Assembly: GCA_035292445.1 (NCBI GenBank)
Contig: DATDQB010000020.1
Span: forward strand, 27,484 to 91,483
Source: Candidatus Omnitrophota bacterium
GTDB taxonomy: Bacteria > Omnitrophota > Gorgyraeia > Zapsychrales > Zapsychraceae
DNA: 64,000 nucleotides
Reading direction: 5' to 3'
The position numbers and the translations under genes were made by a program. This document shows, piece after piece, positions 56,552-64,000 of the stretch (the stretch's first letter is position 1; each line of letters starts with the position of its first letter). The notes below the pieces were generated by a model. It did not search any database and was not told the origin of the DNA. It was given only the letters and a program-made list of their open reading frames with translations.

Positions 56552-58330
56552 TTATTTGGTCAGCAGTTCCAACTCCTGCAGTTTGACCATTGTTTGGAAC
56601 GCCCCCCGCTCAATACGGCTCAATTCCTGGTAATTGCCGGACTCAATAACTTCGCCCCTTTCAAAAACATATATGCAATCTGCTTTCTTAATGGTTGAAA
56701 GGCGGTGCGCTATAACAACAATTGTCGTTTCATGAGAAATATTTTCGATGGCTTTTTGTATATACAATTCCGATTGAGTATCGAGCGCGCTTGTCGCCTC
56801 ATCCAGGATCAACAATGTCGGGTTTCTCAATAATGCCCGAGCCAGGGCCAGTCGCTGTTTCTGGCCTCCGGATAAACGGACGCCACGATCTCCAACGATC
56901 GTGTCATAGCCGTCCTTAAATTGCTTTACAAACTCATCCACATAGGCTTTGCGGCAGGCCTCTTCGATATCCGCCTTAGTTGCCTTATCATTTGCCCACA
57001 GGAGATTATCACGGATGGTCATATTAAAGAGTATGCTCTCTTGAGGAACATAGCCGACCTTCTGGCGATAAGAATTAAGGTTAAACTCCATCAGGGGAAC
57101 ACCGTCAAAGCAAATCGTTCCTTCTTTGGGCTCATAAAGCCCTAATATAAGATCAACCAGCGTTGATTTCCCTGCTCCCGATTTTCCAACAAGAGCGACC
57201 ATATTTCCCTTCGGGATATCCAAATTCACATTTTTAAGGACCGGATGGTCCGGCGTATAAGCAAAAGATACTTGCCTTATGGTGATCTTGTCTTCAAATC
57301 CCTCAAACTTTCTTGTGCCGCCTCTTTCCCGAAGATCAAAAGCCATCTGCCTGAAGCGCTTGAGCTGTTCATAGCTTGGAGCAAAACCTTTCAATGTTAA
57401 CCGGTCCGAGATCAAGTTCCCGACGTTCATCGCACCCTTTAACAACGCCAACATTAAGACCGTAAGCGCCGATAAAGGCACGTCAAAATACTTGGACAGG
57501 ACCAGGGCCGTCACGATGATGGCTATGACCAAAGGTCGATACATTAAAGGGACGAATATCCCAAGGATCTGCGATTTGATGGTCACCGCCGTATGGGCAT
57601 CATAGGCCTTTTCCAGTTCTTTAATTCCCTTCTCTTGATTCCCGAATCCCAGGACAATTTTGGCCAAAGTTAAGTTCTCCTGAATGACAACATAGATTTC
57701 ATTGGCCGTTGATGTATTAAGCACCCCTAATCGGTAGCTTAATTTGCCGAACAACAAAAATGGCAATGCGATCAAGATAGTGGCCGCTCCGGTGATCATC
57801 GTCAACTGCCAAGAAATATAGAAAGGCACTATCAGATACGCGGCTGTTTGCACCAGCCGGGAGAAAAAATACGCCAAATTGGTGAACGTATCGACCACGA
57901 CCGACATCTCCCGACTAAAAGTATTGATCAATTCCCCTTGCCGCACTTTACTAAAAAACTCCCATCTGGCCTGAAAAAAATCTCGATAAGTCCCCATCAT
58001 CATTTCACGCAAAAATATGTACTTCGCCCGTAAAATGGAGCGTTTTGCCAGAATTTCAAAAACGCTCGTCAAAATAATAAAGACCAAGAATACCAGCGTC
58101 CAACTTATAAGACTTACGGGTAAATGAAGCCATTGGAGCATTTCAATGGCCTTTTGTGTCATCGGGCTCACATTCTCAAGTTCCGGATTCGTGACAAATT
58201 CAACTAACGGCCCAATGGTAAAGATCGTGGAAACATTGACAATGCTTAAAGCGATGGTCAACAATATCGTCCTAATCAATTGCGGCGAAAACTTCCCAAA
58301 TAATTCTTTTATAAAATCATTTAATTTCAT
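56552..58330 (-). CDS. ABC transporter, fused permease/ATPase (MsbA/PglK-type exporter)
   Basis: 592 aa. Six N-terminal TM helices are followed by Walker A GKSGAGKST, the ABC signature LSGGQKQRLALARALL and Walker B ILDEATSALD. Confidence 0.9.
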   Translation of the reverse strand: MKLNDFIKELFGKFSPQLIRTILLTIALSIVNVSTIFTIGPLVEFVTNPELENVSPMTQKAIEMLQWLHLPVSLISWTLVFLVFIILTSVFEILAKRSILRAKYIFLREMMMGTYRDFFQARWEFFSKVRQGELINTFSREMSVVVDTFTNLAYFFSRLVQTAAYLIVPFYISWQLTMITGAATILIALPFLLFGKLSYRLGVLNTSTANEIYVVIQENLTLAKIVLGFGNQEKGIKELEKAYDAHTAVTIKSQILGIFVPLMYRPLVIAIIVTALVLSKYFDVPLSALTVLMLALLKGAMNVGNLISDRLTLKGFAPSYEQLKRFRQMAFDLRERGGTRKFEGFEDKITIRQVSFAYTPDHPVLKNVNLDIPKGNMVALVGKSGAGKSTLVDLILGLYEPKEGTICFDGVPLMEFNLNSYRQKVGYVPQESILFNMTIRDNLLWANDKATKADIEEACRKAYVDEFVKQFKDGYDTIVGDRGVRLSGGQKQRLALARALLRNPTLLILDEATSALDTQSELYIQKAIENISHETTIVVIAHRLSTIKKADCIYVFERGEVIESGNYQELSRIERGAFQTMVKLQELELLTK

Positions 58331-59552
58331 GATTTACTAAAACCTCCGCGGGATTTTCCTCCAAAAGATACCGATTATTTCTTAGAAAATTTGTGCCAAT
58401 TCTTGATAGATGTCCATAAGCATAATGATCAGGTGGATAAAGACTTCTGTATTTCTTCTGAAGTATGTCTTCATCATCCTTCTTTACCCATATCCCCTCA
58501 AGACGCTCATGCATCTCTTTGACTAGATCCAAGATCTCATCAGGAGTGTTTTCGACCACCTCTAAATCGGCATTTCTATAAAGCTTAGTATCCCACCATT
58601 TATCAGCACCATAAGCAAGAATCTCCCGGTAGCTTAAATACCGTTGCCTTTTGATATCCCAAAGCTTTTTGCTTATATAAACATCCCCTTTCCGCCAAGC
58701 AACGGAATAGAGTATATAAGGGGTATTGGTGTAGGCGACAGGTACATTAAAAAGCCATGGTACCGTAATTAATCCGCCATCTGTGCCGATAAAGAATTTA
58801 CATTTAGCGCTTAAATAAATATCCCCAAAATCTGAATGATATTGACGGGCATAATCAATCACCTTAGGGTGATGGACTGGGATTTCGTCTTTAACAACTT
58901 TGCCCATGCGTAACACATAAAATCCCTTCGAAATAAGATAATTAATGACCAAAGCGTAATTTTTGATATGGCAATCGCGAAAATCATGGGCGGAGGAATC
59001 TTTACCCGGCAGATGCTGTTCTAGATACGCCGAATCCCTGACATGCAAACAAACAAAAGGTTCCCCCTGCTTTATTCCCATTTTCGACAATAACGCTTGG
59101 CCCTGCTTTTCCTCTTCATCGGTAAAACTTAATTGCGGTGGCGTATAAGTAAAATCTTCGAAAGGATCCTTCCATTCCTGTAAAGTAAACCATAAAGGAG
59201 ATTTGCTTGTTAACTGCCGGACCTTCCAATACATATGCAACAAAATCTTGTTTTCAATAATGCACATGACCCTTTTTTGCATTTTTAATAACTGCTCATT
59301 GGCCGGCCTCCCACTGAAGAATATATGCCATTCTTTCTTTGCCGATGGTTGGGTTTTTCGCCTGCGCAAATAAAGCTCTGTATTGGTGGCCAATTCGCCT
59401 AAGCGCGAATAAATAAGGTGCCCGAACCGCCAATTAAAAACAGGTTGTAATAATCTCAATACGGCAAAAACAGGCAAGCCGACAAAGAGCAAAAGCAACC
59501 TTATGGGCGGTTTAATGATTTTCTGGTTAATTAATGCAAGATTAATTGTCAT
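58317..59552 (-). CDS. Hypothetical protein with N-terminal TM helix
   Basis: About 411 aa from the internal Met (MTINLALINQ) at 59552, which abuts the upstream radical SAM stop. No recognisable catalytic motif is visible. Confidence 0.35.
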   Translation of the reverse strand: MTINLALINQKIIKPPIRLLLLFVGLPVFAVLRLLQPVFNWRFGHLIYSRLGELATNTELYLRRRKTQPSAKKEWHIFFSGRPANEQLLKMQKRVMCIIENKILLHMYWKVRQLTSKSPLWFTLQEWKDPFEDFTYTPPQLSFTDEEEKQGQALLSKMGIKQGEPFVCLHVRDSAYLEQHLPGKDSSAHDFRDCHIKNYALVINYLISKGFYVLRMGKVVKDEIPVHHPKVIDYARQYHSDFGDIYLSAKCKFFIGTDGGLITVPWLFNVPVAYTNTPYILYSVAWRKGDVYISKKLWDIKRQRYLSYREILAYGADKWWDTKLYRNADLEVVENTPDEILDLVKEMHERLEGIWVKKDDEDILQKKYRSLYPPDHYAYGHLSRIGTNFLRNNRYLLEENPAEVLVNHEIK

Positions 59553-60657
59553 TATTCGACATTTCCTTGGCTTGAATCGTTGCTCCGCCCTGCCGATCAT
59601 GCAAATTTTTATTCCAGTTTTCCATTTTATCGAGCACATTATAAAACGTTGTATAAGGCGACGGATTGCGGATGAGAAATCCGTCCCTAACCTCTTCTTT
59701 CATTTCAAATGTTTCAACCCAATAATCACATGGTTTACAAAAAGACAATTCATCCCATCGTCCGCTATTGTGTAACTCCCTTAATTCATTCATTCGCTTA
59801 TTATTCCATACGGCCCGTACGCCACCCTCCTTAAAAACATTCCCTACGACAATATCGGGTTGTTCGGCCGTAATGACACAAGGAGACACGTCCCCATTGG
59901 CCCGAATAACGATGTCCCGAAATAATTGTTTACAGGGGACGCGAGGAGGAAGATCGGCGCGCGTAAAGCCGGGTATTTCGGAAATATCCGGCGTCAGGTC
60001 TTTGATATAACCGGTAATGCGAATAACATCTATTTTTTTCTTCCAAAAATCAAGAAAGCTGGGAATCTCATGATAATTGTAGTCCGTTTCGACAAACGTA
60101 ACGCCGATGCGGGGAAGTTTTTTATCCCCTCTGATCCTGATCAATAATTCAACGTTTTCAATCAACTTATCGAGACGGGTAATACCTCGCGCCTTTTTTA
60201 AGGTCTCCGGCGTCATGGCATCGATGCTTACGTTAATGGAGTCATACTGGACATCAACAAGAAGTTGACAAAGCTCCTCATTAAGCGTGAGACCGTTCGT
60301 ATTAAATGTTCCCACTAAACCGCATTCTTTAACTTTCCGAACGGCAAAGGGAAATGTTTTGGCAATCAAAGGCTCGTTGGCCACATTTAACGTAACCGAG
60401 GGCTTATAGGGGGCGACTTCTTCAAAAATGGAGGTGATTTGGATAGCCGACATATGAATGGGCGTCTTATAATAAGGAGAATAGTTTTCCGGTTTCCTTT
60501 TTTCAACACTGTGGTGACGGCAATGGGGACAAGCCAAATTACACGTATTGGTCAACTCCAACCGCACAATATCCGGCATGAGATTATGACTCAATACAAC
60601 TTCTTTCCTTTCACTCTGATTGATAACCATTTGCTTCGACTTGGCATGTACTGTCAT
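59542..60657 (-). CDS. Radical SAM domain protein with Cys-rich C-terminal (SPASM/twitch-like) region
   Basis: 371 aa. The N-terminal cluster is LTNTCNLACPHC (Cx3Cx2C), and C-terminal cysteines are present (SPCVITAEQ...SFCKPCDYW). Confidence 0.75.
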   Translation of the reverse strand: MTVHAKSKQMVINQSERKEVVLSHNLMPDIVRLELTNTCNLACPHCRHHSVEKRKPENYSPYYKTPIHMSAIQITSIFEEVAPYKPSVTLNVANEPLIAKTFPFAVRKVKECGLVGTFNTNGLTLNEELCQLLVDVQYDSINVSIDAMTPETLKKARGITRLDKLIENVELLIRIRGDKKLPRIGVTFVETDYNYHEIPSFLDFWKKKIDVIRITGYIKDLTPDISEIPGFTRADLPPRVPCKQLFRDIVIRANGDVSPCVITAEQPDIVVGNVFKEGGVRAVWNNKRMNELRELHNSGRWDELSFCKPCDYWVETFEMKEEVRDGFLIRNPSPYTTFYNVLDKMENWNKNLHDRQGGATIQAKEMSNNDN

Positions 60658-60667
60658 AAAATCCTCC

Positions 60668-61780
60668 TTAACAACGTGATATTGATGCGGTTGTTGGGTT
60701 TAAACTTGCCGGATTGTCACCATCCACATCCGATTTAGAAATATATAAATTTTCCAGAATAGGGGCACAATGCTCCCCCACTAAGAAAGAAAAACTTTGC
60801 TCTTTCTTTATCTGTTGAATAGGCGATAATCGCATCGGAAGGATCAAGCGGTCAAAGGGTTCTTCCTCTGCCCCCAACTCCCTCCATGTCTGTCCGAAAG
60901 TTTTATTCGAACAAATAAAATCAGCATAAGCGCAGCCGGTATTTTTTAATTGGAATAAAACTTGTTGCAGCAAAGAAATTCCGTCCCTATGCCCCTCTTC
61001 ATCAGCGGGATAGAAGAAATCCACGATTCGCCCAACCAATGCCTCAAAACTACCGAATGCTTGCTCTATTCGGTAAACGCATACGGCCGGGCGGTGCTGT
61101 TTTCCCGCTAAGATAATACGGTACTTAAAGAACGGATGCTCCGTGTATCTGTGGGTCAAATAGTCTAACGATCGAATGACAGAAAAATTCAACTGAGGAT
61201 ATAATTCCCAACGGGGATTATAATTTTCTTGCTTCGAAATTAAATCTCTCGTCACGGCTGAAGGAAAATCTTTGGGTTTAAAAATAAACTTTTCTAACTC
61301 CCCCTCCAAAGCCTTTGGAGGTAACATCGGGATGCTTTGATCCTTATCCAACACGCAAAGATATCGCGGGATGTGGTGCACGCATGACCAACCCAAACTC
61401 ATCAAAAGAGGCAGGCCCTGCTCACTCGCGTTGAGCGTAAGCACCAAAGGAAACATCTCCTGTGCTTTCTTTATTAATAATACCCCCACTCCTCGAGGAG
61501 CATCCTTTCTGACCATCCAATGAGTAAACCATGCCGACTGGACCTCTTGACCGGGTGTTCCCCAGTGGGCAGCCAATGGAACGTACCCCATAATGCCAAC
61601 CAAGCGGTCATTGTCCCAAGCGCAAATAACTGTCGCCTTAGCGTCATTTTCCTTGAGTTTAACCTGCCACTCAAAAAACTCCCTGGAGCAAAGGGGATGA
61701 TCCGGCCTATACGTCTCACGCACAAATTCAAGAAAATCTTCCCAGTCTGACATTTGCAAGAACTCTTCAACCCTGATCAT
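60668..61780 (-). CDS. Hypothetical protein, possible acyl-CoA/ACP N-acyltransferase-fold enzyme
   Basis: 370 aa and soluble. The assignment rests on size and on the ACP/FkbH genes immediately upstream. No sharp motif is visible. Confidence 0.25.
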   Translation of the reverse strand: MIRVEEFLQMSDWEDFLEFVRETYRPDHPLCSREFFEWQVKLKENDAKATVICAWDNDRLVGIMGYVPLAAHWGTPGQEVQSAWFTHWMVRKDAPRGVGVLLIKKAQEMFPLVLTLNASEQGLPLLMSLGWSCVHHIPRYLCVLDKDQSIPMLPPKALEGELEKFIFKPKDFPSAVTRDLISKQENYNPRWELYPQLNFSVIRSLDYLTHRYTEHPFFKYRIILAGKQHRPAVCVYRIEQAFGSFEALVGRIVDFFYPADEEGHRDGISLLQQVLFQLKNTGCAYADFICSNKTFGQTWRELGAEEEPFDRLILPMRLSPIQQIKKEQSFSFLVGEHCAPILENLYISKSDVDGDNPASLNPTTASISRC

Positions 61781-62007
61781 CTAACATCCTTGTTTGACAA
61801 AATCGATTTAATTAACTTAAAGCTCTGCATTTCTAATACATCCTGGTCGGTCAACTTGACCCCGAATTCTTCCTCAATGGCCGTAATAAGCTTCAAATGG
61901 TTCAATGAATCCCAATTCTCGACCGTATAGGGAGTCGCGCCCTCATTAATCTCATCTTCCGGGACCTCAAGCACTATAGATAAAATTTTCCTGATCTTTT
62001 CTTCCAT
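61777..62007 (-). CDS. Acyl carrier protein
   Basis: 76 aa. The phosphopantetheine-attachment DSL motif sits in ENWDSLNHLKLITAIEEEFG and the protein is acidic. Confidence 0.7.
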   Translation of the reverse strand: MEEKIRKILSIVLEVPEDEINEGATPYTVENWDSLNHLKLITAIEEEFGVKLTDQDVLEMQSFKLIKSILSNKDVR

Positions 62008-63736
62008 TTCTTACCTCAATATAATTAATGTTCTTGGAACGGTATCGGCTGATATCCAAAACATACTTGCTGGAATTTTTGTCTGCGACATCTAATATGA
62101 AGGAACATTCATCATAGAAATTCTTGGCCACACCATTTTTCGCCGTTTGAATATAGTTTGCTTTAACTGTTTTTATACGGCTCTGTTTTAAGGCTTCGAC
62201 CAGCTGATCCATAAAGGCGTATTCCAGATTTCTTCCGATAACCCGACAACTCATCAGGAACGTGTCTATTTCTGCCACAGAAGATTTTGCATCAAGCATC
62301 GCAATGGAAACGCCTGTCACGCCGCTATCACCAAACTTATCCGATACGGAAAACGCATAAACTCTTGCCCCCTCATGGCAAATAAAATTCTTAATCTCAT
62401 TTTCCGTGTAACGCTTAGTCGTCAAATTAAATTGATTTGTCTTTTGGCACATTTGTGAAATGCGCGGGATAAGGCTTTCGTCATTTTCAAAAATGGTCAT
62501 TTTAAGCTTGAGAGAAGCAAAATATTCTTCCATATTAACGAATTCCTTTTTTGCTTCCTCTCTTTCTAACTGTCTTTTATACATCTTTATTTTGCTGATA
62601 TCTTCTTCAGTCGATGATCCCTTATAAAACAAATTCATATGTTCCCTCATGAGCCTTGGATAATCATATAATTTATCAGGCACCTGGAATGTCTTGACTT
62701 CGGGAATCTCTCTTCTGATGAAATCGATTTCAAAAGGGGAATCGTCCACATAAACAATACTGTCCAAGCCGATGTTCAACTCTTGGACTATCGCTCTGAG
62801 ATTAACGGCCTTATCGGACCAATTGATCTTCTTAATAGCAATATGCTCATCCCTTAACTGCATATCAGGATGCCTCGCGATCAGCTCTTCCACTTCTTGA
62901 TAATTATTCTTGGAACATAATCCGATAATGACGCCCTGCTTGGCCAGAGCAAGCGCCAAGGCTTGAATTTCAGCGAAAATCGCGCCATCTTTTGTAGTGG
63001 GGGACATCTCGATCCTTTCCATACCATCTTCTCCTAAAATCCCCTTCCATAACGTGTTATCGCAATCAAAAATGATAGCCTTTTTTGATTTCCCATTGAC
63101 TGAACAAAAAAACGGCATAATATGCTGCGCATAGGCTCGATAAAAATTGACCGTATACAATGCTTTCGAAGAATAATAATGTCTTAAATCAACGCTTTCC
63201 CTAAGCCCGAGGCCCGCTATGACCTTATCAAGATCGATTAAATGAACATTGCGACCAACATGATCTTCCAAATACCGGTTCAATTGCCGGGCGAGTTGCT
63301 CGAAGCGGTTTGTTTCAAGGCTCACCGCATTAAAAGGAAGTGCAGAGAATTTGTTCAGGATGACAAAAGGGGTTTTTTGCAAATTCTTTAATGTAAAATC
63401 GATCTCTCCTTTTACCTTTTCCAATAGCTCATTTAACTGCTTTTCATCCCATGTTTCGGCCTTATATGGTAATCCTTCAAGCACGTTCCAAAGTTCCCAA
63501 AAAATAATAACCCCGTTTGATTCGCAATATTTCCGTGCATCCTGAACAATATTATCGTAATCACCGATGTGGACCTTGGCAGGAATTCCTTCCGCTCGTA
63601 ATGAATATTCCAGAATCTCTTTCAAAAGATTGATGGTAGAATTGGAAAATGCCGCGATATTATAAGTTTCAGCAGTAAGGCTGCGGCCCAATTCTTGATT
63701 CGCTTTTAAAATCTCTGTGTAAGATAGATCTTTCAT
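61967..63736 (-). CDS. FkbH-like HAD-superfamily (subfamily IIIC) phosphatase / acyl-ACP loader
   Basis: 589 aa. The HAD motif I in the IIIC signature context is AIIFDCDNTLWKG, and it is preceded by a long FkbH-type N-terminal domain. Confidence 0.65.
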   Translation of the reverse strand: MKDLSYTEILKANQELGRSLTAETYNIAAFSNSTINLLKEILEYSLRAEGIPAKVHIGDYDNIVQDARKYCESNGVIIFWELWNVLEGLPYKAETWDEKQLNELLEKVKGEIDFTLKNLQKTPFVILNKFSALPFNAVSLETNRFEQLARQLNRYLEDHVGRNVHLIDLDKVIAGLGLRESVDLRHYYSSKALYTVNFYRAYAQHIMPFFCSVNGKSKKAIIFDCDNTLWKGILGEDGMERIEMSPTTKDGAIFAEIQALALALAKQGVIIGLCSKNNYQEVEELIARHPDMQLRDEHIAIKKINWSDKAVNLRAIVQELNIGLDSIVYVDDSPFEIDFIRREIPEVKTFQVPDKLYDYPRLMREHMNLFYKGSSTEEDISKIKMYKRQLEREEAKKEFVNMEEYFASLKLKMTIFENDESLIPRISQMCQKTNQFNLTTKRYTENEIKNFICHEGARVYAFSVSDKFGDSGVTGVSIAMLDAKSSVAEIDTFLMSCRVIGRNLEYAFMDQLVEALKQSRIKTVKANYIQTAKNGVAKNFYDECSFILDVADKNSSKYVLDISRYRSKNINYIEVRNGRKDQENFIYSA

Positions 63737-64000
63737 AACATAACTTGTCCACCATTGACTCTGATGGTCTCTCCTGTTAAAAAATCCGATTTCTCTGAGG
63801 CCAGAAAACTGATAGTCCCGGCAATGTCCTGCGCCGTTGCGATCCTCCCCAGGGGAGTTTGCGCCTCGGTCAACAATCGAACCCTCTCGGGTATATTGGC
63901 AATCAACTCCGTATCTGTCATTCCGGGGGACACCAAGTTTACCCGGATCCCCTTTGGCGCCAATTCAAGAGCCAAAGCCTTGGTGAATCCGTGCAAGCCT
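63733..64000 (-). CDS. Short-chain dehydrogenase/reductase (FabG-like 3-oxoacyl-ACP reductase), C-terminal fragment; gene continues past window end
   Basis: The SDR C-terminus is ALELAPKGIRVNLVSPGMTDTEL...GETIRVNGG. The ORF is open to the window edge. Confidence 0.7.
   Translation of the reverse strand, partial: GLHGFTKALALELAPKGIRVNLVSPGMTDTELIANIPERVRLLTEAQTPLGRIATAQDIAGTISFLASEKSDFLTGETIRVNGGQVML

Overview
The window is one continuous, unusually large surface-glycan biosynthesis island of about 60 genes, and every credible gene lies on the minus strand. Spacing is tight, with many 4-40 nt overlaps. The only sizeable non-coding gaps are at 3611-3716, 21144-21270, 44782-44982 and 53474-53660. 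No tRNA, rRNA, CRISPR array, transposase or integrase is visible.

Reading in the direction of transcription (high to low coordinate), the modules are:
- Acyl-decoration module: a partial FabG-like SDR, an FkbH-like HAD loader, an acyl carrier protein and a possible acyltransferase.
- Export region: a radical SAM protein with a Cys-rich C-terminus, two hypothetical proteins and an MsbA-type ABC exporter.
- Two nonulosonic-acid (sialic/legionaminic/pseudaminic-type) branches. Each branch has a NeuB-family synthase and a CMP-sugar synthetase. Shared components include a hydrolysing NeuC 2-epimerase, a PseG-GNAT fusion, three DegT aminotransferases, a NeuD/PglD acetyltransferase, two CBS-domain enzymes and two acetamidino-forming amidotransferase sets (PP-loop amidotransferase with HisF and HisH homologues).
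- Three paralogous B12-binding radical SAM enzymes.
- An eight-gene cassette at 21271-30832 with the same four enzyme types and sizes as the Campylobacter jejuni O-methyl-phosphoramidate (MeOPN) pathway: a PEP-synthase-like amide kinase, a class-I glutamine amidotransferase hydrolase, a cytidylyltransferase and an APS-kinase-like kinase. It also carries a SAM methyltransferase, a 655-aa GT-B-like protein and two sulfotransferase-fold paralogs with intact 3'-phosphonucleotide-binding motifs. This cassette is the most notable part of the window.
- A CDP-glucose 6-deoxyhexose pathway (rfbF, rfbG, a cupin epimerase/isomerase, an SDR reductase and a zinc-ribbon methyltransferase), plus rmlB and another DegT.
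- Assembly genes at the low-coordinate end: glycosyltransferases of families GT2, GT4 and WecB/TagA, two Wzy_C-domain membrane proteins (polymerase and ligase candidates), a WbaP-type initiating phosphotransferase and the start of gmd.

Two copies of a roughly 140-nt imperfect palindromic repeat occupy two of the intergenic spacers.
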